Assembly: GCF_009914755.1 (NCBI RefSeq)
Contig: NC_060925.1
Direction: 5' to 3' (one strand)
From: the human T2T-CHM13v2.0 reference genome, Homo sapiens
DNA: 64,000 nt
The notes under the pieces were generated by a model. The model saw nothing but the letters and a program-made list of their open reading frames with translations, did not search any database and was not told where the DNA came from. Made by a program: the position numbers and the translations under genes. How positions within the stretch are numbered: position 1 is the first letter of the stretch; each line of letters starts with the position of its first letter. Of the stretch, positions 46,747-57,124 are shown one piece after another.

Positions 46747-47679
46747 GTCCTTTCAGGCACTTGAGATTGAGCACCTCCCCGCTCTGGCCTCTGCACTGGG
46801 GACGTACTCATCTGCATGCAAGCTCATCTCCGCTATCCTGTAGCGAGCACCTCGGGGTATGGCCTTTATACCTGCCTGGACCCCTCTTTGGGCCTGGTGT
46901 GCTCCAGATGCCTGGTAAGTGCTAATTGGACAGACTGGGTGGCCATGCACTGTGTCTCACTTCTGCCCACAGGATGGCAGCATTTGCTCAGAGCTCTGGC
47001 CCCACTAGGTGCTTGACTCTGGGAGTTCGTAAGACCTGGTTTCTTCCTGAAATGAAAACAGTGCTTTAGGTCTCTTCCTATGAAGGAACCCTCCATAAAC
47101 TAATAGACAGTGTTATTTGCCCACCCCCTCTTCAATGTGCTTCGTGGAAAATGACATCTTTGAGGTGAATGACATGATGTTTTTGGACTATAGGCATCCA
47201 TCCTCAAAGGGCTATCTAGCTCCAGAGTTGGTGTTAGCTAAAACTGAGCAAGCAGGCTGAACTCAGCAGCTCATTTTGTGTACAAGTCATTTAATGCAGA
47301 GAATTACTAGTTTTATTTAAAGATAATAGAGGAAAAAGGAACTATTAAGCACTTGCTGTATGCTATATGTTTTAAACCAGGGGTTCTCAAATTGAGTGGG
47401 CATCAGAATCACCTACAGGGACTGGTTAAAACAGACTGGCTTGGCACGGTGGCTCACACCTATAATCCCAGATACTCAGGAGGCCGAGGCAGGAGGATCA
47501 CTCAACGCCAGAAGTTGGAGATCAGCCTGGCCAACAGAGTGAGACCATTGTCTGTACAAAAACTTAAGAAATTAGCCGAGCATTGTGGCATACGCCTGTA
47601 GTCCCAGATACTCAAGAGGCATGGGTAAGAGGACTGCTTGAGCCTAGGAGGTTGAGGCTATAGTAAGAGACGATTGCAC

Positions 47680-49111
47680 TGAGAGGTAACAGCGTGCTGG
47701 CAGTCCTCACAGCCTTCGCTTGCTCTCGACGCCTCCTCTGCCTGGGCTCCCACTTTGGCAGCACTTGAGGAGCACTTCAGCCCACCGCTGCACTGTGGGG
47801 GCCCCTTTCTGGGCTGGCCAAGGCCGGAGCCGGCTCCCTCAGCTTGCAGGGAGGTGTGGAGGGAGAGGTGCGAGTGGGAACCAGGGCTGCGCCTGGCGCT
47901 TGCGGGCCATCTGGAGTTCCGGGTGGGCGTGGGCTTGGCGGGCCCCACACTCGGAGCAGCCGGCCGGCCCTGCCAGCCCCGGGCAATGAGGGGCTTAGCA
48001 CCTGGGCCAGCGGCTGCAGAGGGTGTACTGGGTCCCCCAGCAGTGCCAGCCCGCTGGCGCTGCGCTCGATTTCTCACCGGGCCTCAGCTGCCTTCCCACG
48101 GGGCAGGGCTCGGGACCGGCAGCCCATCATGCCTGAGCCTCCCACCCCCTCCATGGGCTCCCAAGCCTCCCTGGTGTGTCCGGAGCCTCCCCGATGAGCA
48201 CCGCCCCCTGCTCCATGGTGCCCAGTTCCATCGACCACCCAAGGGCTGGGGAGTGTGGGCGCACAGCATGGGACTGGCAGGCAGCTCCACCTGCAGCCCT
48301 GATGTGGGATCCACTGGGTGAAGCCAGCTGGGCTCCTGAGTCTGGTGGGGACGTGGAGAACCTTTATGTCTAGCCCAGGGATTGTAAATACAGCAATCGG
48401 CACTCTGTATCTAGCTCAAGGTTTGTAAACACACCAATCAGCACCCTGTGTCTAGCTCAGGGTTTGTGAATGCACCAATCCACACTCTGTATCTAGCTAC
48501 TCTGGTGGGGACTTGGAGAACCTTTGTGTGGACACTCTGTATCTAGCCCATCTAGTGGGGAGGTGGAGAAACTTTGTGTCTAGCTCTGGGATTGTAAATG
48601 CACCAATCAGTGCCCTGTCAAAACAGACCACTTGGCTCTACCAATCAGCAGGATGTGGGTGGGGCCAGATGAGAGAATAAAAGCAGGCTGCCGGAGCCAG
48701 CAGTGGTAACCCGCTGGGGTCCCCTTCTACACTGTGGAAGCTTTGTTCTTTGCAATAAATCTTGCTACTGCTTACTCTTTGGGTCCACATTGCTTTTATG
48801 AGCTATAACACTCACCGCGAAGGTCTGCAGCTACACTCCTGAAGCTAGCGAGACCATGAGCCCACTGGGAGGAAAAAACAACTCCAGACGCGCTGCCTTA
48901 AGAGCTGTAACACTCACCGCGAAGGTCTGCAGCTTCACTCCTGAGCCAGCGAGACCACGAACCCAACAGAAGGAAAAATCTCCGAACACATCCAAACATC
49001 AGAAGGAACAAACTCCAGTGCGCCACCTTAAGAGCTGTAACACTCACCACGAGGGTCCGCGGCTTCATTCCTGAAGTCAGTGAGACCAAGAACCCGCCAA
49101 TTCCAGACACG
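47680..49111 (+). repeat. 5' LTR (LTR12C-type)
   Basis: TGAGAGGTAACAGCGTGCTGGCAGTCC start, CpG-rich U3, ~40-bp CCAAT/TCTAGCT repeats (~48350-48650), AATAAA TATA-like box at 48676, poly(A) signal at 48754, U5 repeats. Ends ...GACACG (terminal CA altered). Confidence 0.93.
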
Positions 49112-49114
49112 TTT

Positions 49115-49132
49115 TGGCAACCCAGATGGGAC
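49115..49132 (+). other. Primer binding site, tRNA-Arg type
   Basis: TGGCAACCCAGATGGGAC, 3 nt after the LTR. One mismatch to the complement of the tRNA-Arg(CCG) 3' end as I recall it (TGGCGACCCAGATGGGAC). Confidence 0.85.
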
Positions 49133-50340
49133 TTTCGCCTATCGCCAAGTGGTGAGACAATCGCCGAGCAGTGAGACCATCGCCTATTGCTGAGCAGTGA
49201 GTACCATCGGACCCCTTTCACTTGCTATTCTGTCCTGTCTTTCCTTAGAATTTGGGGGCTAAATACCGGGCACCTGTTGGCCAGTTAAAAGCGACTAGCA
49301 TGGCCGCCGGACTAAAGACATGGGTGTCAGGCTTTCTGGGAAAGGGCTCTCTAACAACCCCTGACTCTTCTTCGGAGTTGGGACCGTTTGCCTAGAACCA
49401 GCTTCCACTTTTCCTGTACTTCTGGGCTGAGCCGAGGGTCGACAGAGAGGAAAGACATGCAGCTCCGGGGTCCCAACAACAAGTTGGTTGACCCTGCGGT
49501 CATGAGCGGAACTCTCAAAGGCATGTTGCCCAAGCGAGACTCACCCATCTATCCTATCTATCCTGACCCTTGCCCCCTGGGTCCTAATGCCTTCCAGACA
49601 AACTTCCTTTTGCCTCTCTTCTCTGAGGTTAGGCCCACTTCTAAAAATTGCTACCTGTCTCTGGTGCTTTTCTAGTTTCTCCTATAAGAATGATTTCTAG
49701 TATAAACTCCAGGACTCTTGTTACCTTCTTTAGGCACCCAGGCTCACCAATCAGAAAGACATAATTTTTGCCCAAAGCCCCATCGTAGTGGGGACTACCT
49801 GGAATTTTAGGATCCCTCCTCAGACTAACAGGCCTAATAAAAGCTATTCCTGAAGCTAGGATATGGGGAGCCTCAGAAATTGTATCCTTCCTATTCATAT
49901 AAGTGAGGACAAAAGGTGTCACTCTTCCAACCCTGAAGATCCCTTCCCTCCCTCAGGGTATGGCCCTCCGCTTCATTTTTGGGGCATAACATCTTTATAG
50001 GAAAGGGGTAAAGTCCCAATATGAACAGGAGAATGCTTAGGACTCTAACAGGTTTTCGAGAATGCGTCGGTAAGGGCCACTAAATCCGATTTTTCTCAGT
50101 CGGTCCTCCCTGTGGTCTAGGAGGACAGGCAAGGGTGCAGGTTTTCGAGAATGCATCAGTAAGGACCATTAAATCAGATCTTCCTTGGTCCTCCGTGTGG
50201 TCTGGGAGGAAAACTAGTGTTTCTGCTGCTGCGTTGGTGAGCACAAGTGTTCCGATCAGCAGGGTCCAGGGACCATTGTGGGTTCTCGGGCAGGGGGAGA
50301 AACAAAATAAGCCAAAATTGTGGCTGATTTTGTCTTTCAG

Positions 50341-51660
50341 ATGGGAAACACTCAGGCATCAACAGGCTCACCCTTGAAATGCATCCTAAGCCATTGGGAC
50401 CAATTTGACCCAAAAACCCTGAAAAAGAGGCAGCTCATTTTTTTCTGCACTGCGGCTTGGCCCCAATATTCTCTCTCTGATGGGGAAAAATGGCCACCTG
50501 AGGGAAGTACAAGTTACAATACTATCCTGCAGCTTGACCTTTCCTGTAAGAGGGAAGGCAAATGGAGTGAAATACCTTATGTCCAAGCTTTCTTTTCATT
50601 GAGGGAGAATACACAACTATGCAAAGCTTGTAATTTACATCCTACAGGAGGACCTCTCAGCTTACCCGCATATCCTAGCCTCCCTATAGCTCCCCTTCCT
50701 ATTAATGATAATCCTCCTCTAATCTCCCCTGCCCAGAAGGAAATAAGCAAAGAAATCTCCAAAGGACTACAAAAACCCCCAGGCTATCGGTTATGTCCCC
50801 TTCAAGCTGTAGGGGGAGGGGAATTTGGCCCAACCCGCGTACCTGTCCCCTTCTCCCTCTCTGATTTAAAACAGACCAAGGCAGACCTGGGGAAGTTTTC
50901 AGATGATCCTGATAGGTACATAGATGTCCTACAGGGTCTAGGGCAAACCTTTGACCTCGCTTGGAGAGATGTCATGCTACTGTTAGATCAAACTCTGGCC
51001 TTTAATGAAAAGAATGCGGCTTTAGCTGCAGCCCGAGAGTTTGGAGATACCTGGTATCTTAGTCAAGTAAATGATAGAATGACAGCCGAAGAAAGGGACA
51101 AATTCCCTAACGGTCAGCAAGCCATCCCCAGTATGGATCCCCACTGGGACCTTGACTCAGATCATGGGGACTGGAGTCGTAAACATCTGTTGACCTGTGT
51201 TCTAGAAGGACTAAGGAGAATTAGAAAAAAGCCCATGAATTATTCAATGATATCCACCATAACTCAGGGAAAGGAAGAAAATCCTTCTGCTTTCCTCGAG
51301 TGGCTACAAGAGGCCTTAAGAAAATATACTCCCCTGTCACCCGAATCACTCAAGGGTCAATTGATTCTAAAAGATAAGTTTATTACCCAATCAGCCACAG
51401 ATATCAGGAGAAAGCTCCAAAAGCAAGCCCTGGGCCCTGAACAAAATCTAGAGGCATTATTAAACCTGGCAACCTCGGGGTTCTATAATAGGGACCAAGA
51501 GGAACAGGCCCAAAAGGAAAAGCAAGATCAGAGAAAGGCTGCAGCCTTAGTCATGGCCCTCAGACAAACAAACCTTGGTGGTTCAGAGAGGACAGAAAAT
51601 GGAGCAGGCCAATCACCTGGTAGGACTTGTTATCAAGTGTGGTTTACTAGGACACTTTAA
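50341..51660 (+). CDS. gag: HERV9 Gag ORF, 439 codons (MA-CA open, frameshifted at the NC zinc knuckle)
   Basis: ATG at 50341 gives MGNTQAS (Gly2). WPPEGS, MHR-like [35 protein letters not shown]. The knuckle continues in another frame ([11 protein letters not shown]; CPLCRGNRWKVHC). Expression unknown. Confidence 0.85.
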   Translation: MGNTQASTGSPLKCILSHWDQFDPKTLKKRQLIFFCTAAWPQYSLSDGEKWPPEGSTSYNTILQLDLSCKREGKWSEIPYVQAFFSLRENTQLCKACNLHPTGGPLSLPAYPSLPIAPLPINDNPPLISPAQKEISKEISKGLQKPPGYRLCPLQAVGGGEFGPTRVPVPFSLSDLKQTKADLGKFSDDPDRYIDVLQGLGQTFDLAWRDVMLLLDQTLAFNEKNAALAAAREFGDTWYLSQVNDRMTAEERDKFPNGQQAIPSMDPHWDLDSDHGDWSRKHLLTCVLEGLRRIRKKPMNYSMISTITQGKEENPSAFLEWLQEALRKYTPLSPESLKGQLILKDKFITQSATDIRRKLQKQALGPEQNLEALLNLATSGFYNRDQEEQAQKEKQDQRKAAALVMALRQTNLGGSERTENGAGQSPGRTCYQVWFTRTL

Positions 51661-51801
51661 AAAAGATTGTCCAATGAGAAACAAGCTGCCCCCTCGTCCA
51701 TGTCCACTATGCCGAGGCAATCGCTGGAAGGTGCACTGCCCCAGAGGACAAAGGTTCCCTGGGTCAGAAGCCCCAAGTAGATGATCCATCAACAGGACTG
51801 A

Positions 51802-53985
51802 GGGTGCCCGGGGCAAACACCAGCTCATGTCATCACCCTCACTGAGCCCCGGGTATGTTTAACTATTGAGGGCCAGGAAATTGACTTCCTCCTGGACACT
51901 GGTGCGGCCTTCTCAGTGTTAATCTCCTGACCTGGACGACTGTCCTCAAGGTCCATTACCATCCAAGGAATCCTGGGACAGCTTGTAACCAGGTATTTCT
52001 CCCACCTTCTCAGTTGTAATTGGGAGACTTTGCTCTTTTCACATGCCTTTCTTGTTATGCCCGAAAGTCCCACACCCTTATTAGGGAGGGATATATTAGC
52101 CAAGGCTGGAGCTATTATCTACATGAATATGGGGAACAAGTTACCCATTTGTTGTCCCCTACTTGAGGAGGGAATCAACCCTGAAGTCTGGGCATTGGAA
52201 GGACAATTTGGAAGGGCAAAAAATGCCTGCCCAGTCCAAATCAGGTTAAAAGATCCCACCACTTTTCCTTATCAAAGGCAATATCCCTTAAGGCCTGAAG
52301 CTCATAAAGGATTACAGAATATTGTTAAACATTTGAAAGCTCAAGGCTTAGTGAGGAAATGCAGTAGTCCCTGCAACACCCCAATTCTAGGAGTACAAAA
52401 ACCGAACGGTCAGTGGAGACTAGCGCAAAATCTTAGACTCATTAATGAGGCAGTAATTCCACTATATCCAGTTGTACCCAACCCCTATACCCTGCTCTCT
52501 CAAATACCAGAGGAAGCAGAATGGTTCACGGTTCTGGACCTCAAGGATGCCTTCTTCTGTATTCCCCTGCACTCTGACTCCCAGGATCCCACAGACCACA
52601 TGTCCCAACTTACGTGGACAGTCTTGCCCCAAGGGTTTAGGGATAGCCCTCATCTGTTTGGTCAGGCACTGGCCTAAGATCTAAGCCACTTCTCAAGTCC
52701 AGGCACTCTGGTCCTTCAATATGTGGATGATTTACTTTTGGCTACCAGTTCGGAAGCCTCGTGCCAGCAGGCTATTCTAGATCTCTTGAACTTTCTAGCT
52801 AATCAAGGGTACAAGGTGTCTAGGTTGAAGGCCCAGCTTTGCCTACAGCAGGTTAAATATCTAGGCCTAATCTTAGCCAGAGGGACCAGGGCCCTCAGTA
52901 AGGAATGAATACAGCCTATACTGGCTTATGCTTGCCCTAAGACATTAAAACAGTTGAGGGGGTTCCTTGGAATTACCGGCTTTTGCTGACTATGGATCCC
53001 CGGATACAGCGAGATAGCCAGGCCCCTCTATACTCCAATCAAGGAAACCCAGAGGGCAAATACTCATTTAGTAGAATGGGAACCAGAGGCAGAAACAGCC
53101 TTCAAAACCTTAAAGCAGGCCCTAGTACAAGCTCCAGCTTTAAGCCTTCCCACAGGACAGAACTTCTCTTTATATGTCACAGAGAGAGCCGGGATAGCTC
53201 TTGGAGTCCCTACTCAGACTCGTGGGACAACCCCACAACCAGTGGCATACCTAAGTAAGGAAATTGATGTAGTAGCAAAAGGCTGGCCTCACTGTTTAAG
53301 GGTAGTTGCAGCAGTGGTCGTCTTAGTGTCAGAGGCTATCAAAATAATACAAGGAAAGGATCTCACTGTCTGGACTACTCATGATGTAAATGGCATACTA
53401 GGTGCCAAAGGAAGTTTATGGCTATCAGACAACTGCCTACTTAGATACCAGGCACTACTCCTTGAGGGACTGGTGCTTCAAATACGCACGTGCGTGGCCC
53501 TCAACCCTGCCACTTTTCTCCGAGAGGATGGGGAACCAATCGAGCATGACTGCCAACAAATTATAGTCCAGACTTATGCCACCCAAGATGATCTCTTAGA
53601 AGTCCCCTTAACTAATCCTGACTTTAACCTATATACCGATGGAAGTTCATTTGTGGAGAATGGGATACGAAGGGCAGGTTATGCCATAGTTAGTGATGTA
53701 ACCATACTTGAAAGCAAGCCTCTTCCCCCAGGGACCAGTGCCCAGTTAGCAGAACTAGTGGCACTTTCCCGAGCCTTAGAACTGGGAAAGGGAAAAAGAA
53801 TAAATGTGTATACAGATAACAAGTATGCTTATCTAATCCTACATGCCCATGCTGCATTATGGAAAGAATAGGAGTTCCTAACCTCTGGGAACCCCCACTG
53901 GATGCCACAGGGAAGTTACGGAGTTATTGCCCACGGTGCAGGAAACCAAAGAGGTGGGAGTCTTACAGTACCAAAGCCATCAAAA
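51802..53985 (+). pseudogene. pol: HERV9 pro-pol (protease, RT, RNase H) with nonsense codons; integrase absent
   Basis: LLDTGA (DTG at 51895), LDLKDAFF, LPQG, YVDD (52720-52731), LYTDGSS, SAQLAEL. In-frame stops at 51928, 52675, 52906, 52987 and 53869. Confidence 0.92.
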
Positions 53986-54260
53986 TGGGAAGGAGAGGGG
54001 AGAACAGCAGCATAAGTGGCTGGCAGAGGTAGGGAAAGACCAGCGAGAAGGAAAGAGAGAAAGAGAAAGTCAGAGAAAGAGACAGAAAGAGGAAGAGACA
54101 GAGAGACAAAGTCAAAGAGGGAGTCAGAAACAGAGACAAAGAAAAGGAGTCAGAGAGAAAGAGGGACAGACACAGAAAGTTAAAGAGAGAGTTAAAAAGG
54201 GAGGAAGAGACAAAGAAGAAGTCGAAGAGAGAAAGTGACAGATGGAAGTAATAAAGAAAA
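53985..54260 (+). repeat. AG-rich low-complexity tract inside the provirus
   Basis: Almost purely purine run of AGAGAGAAAG / AGAGACA units. Confidence 0.9.
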
Positions 54261-54297
54261 AACAGTGTACCCTATTCCTTTAAAAGCCAGGGTAAAT

Positions 54298-54909
54298 GTC
54301 TATCTACCCAGCCAAGGCATATTCTACTTATGTGGATCTTCAACCCATATCTGCCTCTCAGACAGTTTGCAAGAAATAACAAAATCTATCCTTACTTTAC
54401 AATCCCAAATAGACTCTTTGGCAGCAGTGACTCTCCAAAACCACCGAGGCCTAGACCTCCTCACTGCTGCGAAAGGAGGACTCTGCACCTTCTTAGGGGA
54501 AGAGTGTTGTTTTTACACTAACCAGTAGGGGATAGTACGAGATGCCGCCCGGCATTTACAGGAAAAGGCTTCTGAAATCAGACAATGCCTTTCAAATTCT
54601 TATACCAATCTCTGGAGTTGGGCAACATGGCTTCTCCCCTTTCTAGGTCCTGTGGCAGCCATCTTGCTGTTACTCACCTTTGGGCCCTGTATTTTTAACC
54701 TTCTTGTCAAATTTGTTTCCTCTAGAATTGAGGCCATCAAGCTACAGATGGTCTTACAAATGGAACCCCAAATGAGTTCAACTAACAACTTCTACCGAGG
54801 ACCCCTGGACCGACCCACTGGCACTTCCCCTGGCCTAGAGAGTTCCCCTCTGAAGGACACCACAACTACAGGGCCCCTTCTTCGCCTCTATCCAGCAGGA
54901 AGTAGCTAG
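54298..54909 (+). pseudogene. env: HERV9 env remnant (short SU piece fused to TM)
   Basis: GIFYLCGSSTHICL (SU-like), ISD LQNHRGLDLLTAAKGGL, CX6CC (CTFLGEECC), TM helix and tail SSRIEAIKLQMVLQMEPQM. TAG at 54526. Confidence 0.9.
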
Positions 54910-54955
54910 AGTGGTCATCGGCCAAATTCCCAACAGCAGTTGGGGTGTCCTGTTT

Positions 54956-54965
54956 AGAGGGGGGA
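54956..54965 (+). other. Polypurine tract
   Basis: AGAGGGGGGA directly before the 3' LTR. Confidence 0.9.
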
Positions 54966-54966
54966 T

Positions 54967-56424
54967 TGAGAGATGACAGCGTGCTGGCAGTCCTCACAGC
55001 CCTCGCTCGCTCTCGGTGTCTCCTCTGCCTGGGCTCCCACTTTGGCGGCACTTGAGGAGCACTTCAGCCCACTGCTGCACTGTGGGAGCCCCTTTCTGGG
55101 CTGGCCGAGGCTGGAGCCGGCTCCCTCAGCTTGCAGGGAGGTGTGGAGGGAGAGGTGCGAGTGGGAACCCGGGCTGTGCGCGGCGCTTGTGGGCCAGCTG
55201 GAGTTCCGGGTGGGCGTGGGCTTGGTGGGCCCCACACTCGGAGCAGCCGGCCGGCCCTGCCAGCCCCGGGCAATGAGGGGCTTAGCACCCGGGCCAGCGG
55301 CTGCGGAGGGTGTACTGGGTCCCCCAGCAGTGCCAGCCCGCTGGCGCTGCGCTCGATTTCTCACCAGGCCTTAGCTGCCTTCCCATGGGGCAGGGCTCGG
55401 GACCGGCAGCCCATCATGCCTGAGCCTCCCACCCCCTCCGTGGGCTCCCAAGCCTCCCCGGTGTGTCCGGAGCCTCCCCGATGAGCACCGCCCCCTGCTC
55501 CATGGCGCCCAGTTCCATCGACCACCCAAGGGCTGGGGAGTGTGGGCGCACAGCGTGGGATTGGCAGGCAGCTCCACCTGCAGCCCTGATGTGGGATCCA
55601 CTGGGTGAAGCCAGCTGGGCTCCTGAGTCTGGTGGGGACGTGGAGAACCTTTATGTCTAGCCCAGGGATTGTAAATACAGCAATCGGCACTCTGTATCTA
55701 GCTCAAGGTTTGTAAACACACCAATCAGCACCCTGTGTCTAGCTCAGGGTTTGTGAATGCACCAATCCACAATCTGTATCTAACTACTCTGGTGGGGACT
55801 TGGAGAACCTTTGTGTGGACACTCTGTATCTAGCCCATCTAGTGAGGAGGTGGAGAACCTTTGAGTCTAGCTCTGGGATTGTAAACGCATTGGGATTGTA
55901 AATGCACCAATCAGTGCCCTGTCAAAACAGACCACTCGGCTCTACCAATCAGCAGGATGTGGGTGGGGCCAGATAAGAGAATAAAAGCAGGCTGCCTGAG
56001 CCAGCAGTGGCAACCTGCTTGGGTGCCCTTCCACACTGTGGAAGCTTTGTTCTTTTGCTCTTTGCAATAAATCTTGCTACCGCTCACTCTTTGGGTCCAC
56101 ACTGCTTTTATGAGCTGTAACACTCACTGTGAAGGTCTGCAGCTTTACTCCTGAAGCCAGCGAGACCACGAGCCCACTGGGAGGAACGAACAATTCCAGA
56201 CGCACTGCCTTAAGAGCTGTAACACTCACCGCAAAGGTCTGCAGCTTCACTCCTGAGCCAGGGAGTCCACGAACCCACCAGAAGGAAGAAACTCCAAACA
56301 CATCCGAACATCAGAAGGAACAAACTCCAGACGTGCCACCTTAAGGGCTGTAACACTCACTGTGAGGGTCCGCGGCTTCATTCTTGAAGTCAGTGAGACC
56401 AAGAACCCACCAATTCCGGACACA
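54967..56424 (+). repeat. 3' LTR (LTR12C-type)
   Basis: TG...CA intact. AGATAA at 55971, AATAAA at 55980, poly(A) signal at 56066. Has a small extra duplication TGGGATTGTAAA near 55875-55905. Confidence 0.93.
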
Positions 56425-56517
56425 GCACCACTGCACTCCAGCCTGGGTGACAGAGCGAGACCCTGTCTCAAAAAACAAAAAACCACAGATTGCTGGGCCC
56501 CACCCCCAGAACTTCTG

Positions 56518-57021
56518 TGTTGGGAGCAGGCCCCCCAAAATCTGGCCATAAACTGGCCCCAAAACTGGCCATAAACAAAATCTCTGCAGCACTGTAACGT
56601 GTTCATAATGGCCCTAACGCCCAAGCTGGAAGATTGTGAGTTTATGGGAATGAGGGCAAGGAACACCTGGCCTGCCCAGGGCGGAAAATGCTTGAAGGCG
56701 TTCTTAAGCTACAAACAATAGCATGAGCTATCTGTGCCTTAAGGACATGCTCCTGCTGCAGTTAACTATCCCAACCTATTCCTTTAATTCGGCCCATCCC
56801 TTCGTTTCTCACTTTTTAGTTAATTGAATATCCATAGAAACAATGCTAATGACTGGCTTGCTGTAAATAAATACGTGGGTAAATCTCTGTTCGGGGCTCT
56901 CAGCTCTGAAAACTGTGAGACTCCTGGTTTCCCACTTCACACCTCTATATTTCTGTGTGTGTGTCTTTAATTCCCCTAGTGCTGCTGGGTTAGGGTCTCC
57001 CTGACCGAGCTGGTCTCGGCA
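56518..57021 (+). mobile_element. MER9-type (HERV-K HML-3) solo LTR
   Basis: TGTTGGGAGCAGGCCCCCCAAAATCTGGCCATAAACTGGCCCC start and GAGCTGGTCTCGGCA end. 6-bp TSD CTTCTG (56512-56517, 57022-57027), as expected for class II ERVs. Confidence 0.85.
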
Positions 57022-57124
57022 CTTCTGATTTCGTAGGTCTAGGTTGGAGCCTGAGATTTTGCATTTTAAGAAGTTCTCAGAAGATGCTGATGCAGCTGGT
57101 CCAGAGAATCACTGCTTTAAGCAA

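Larger units (their letters stand above)
47680..56424 (+). mobile_element. HERV9/ERV9 provirus with two LTR12C-type LTRs
   Basis: Two ~1.45-kb direct repeats, 4-bp TSD GCAC (47676-47679, 56425-56428), PBS, gag-pro-pol-env remnants and PPT. Confidence 0.95.
47438..56482 (+). mobile_element. AluJ-type SINE split by the provirus (47438-47679 and 56425-56482)
   Basis: The Alu reads ...GACGATTGCAC and resumes after the provirus as GCACCACTGCACTCCAGCCTGGGTGACAGAGCGAGACCCTGTCTCAAAAA. Confidence 0.92.
47378..57114 (-). mobile_element. MER5A-type hAT-Charlie MITE split in three (47378-47437, ~56480-56517, 57022-57114)
   Basis: The pieces join as CAGGGGTTCTCAAA...CATCAGAATCACC...AAAACA|CAGATTGCTGGGCCCCACCCCCAGA|...GTAGGTCTAGG...GATGCTGATGCAGCTGGTCC...AGAATCACTG. 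The 8-bp flanks TTTTAAAC / CTTTAAGC match at 6 of 8 positions. Confidence 0.8.

Noticed and set aside
46750-46920. Possible plus-strand exon (CCTTTCAG| ... CTG|GTAAGT)
   Set aside because: Splice-like motifs only, with no coding signal or partner exon. Such matches are expected by chance in 64 kb.
47658-48403. Overlapping 100-190 aa ORFs, repeated at 54954-55690
   Set aside because: They lie in GC-rich LTR12C U3, are stop-poor by composition and show no protein motifs.
48350-48650. CRISPR-like periodic ~40-bp repeats (also 55630-55950 and the U5 repeats)
   Set aside because: These are the known LTR12 U3/U5 tandem repeats. They have no unique spacers or cas genes, and the DNA is eukaryotic.
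53927-54238. 103-aa charged ORF
   Set aside because: It is a translation of the AG-rich low-complexity tract.
54235-54909. Syncytin-like captured env gene
   Set aside because: No signal peptide, most of SU, the furin site and the fusion peptide are missing, and there is an in-frame stop.
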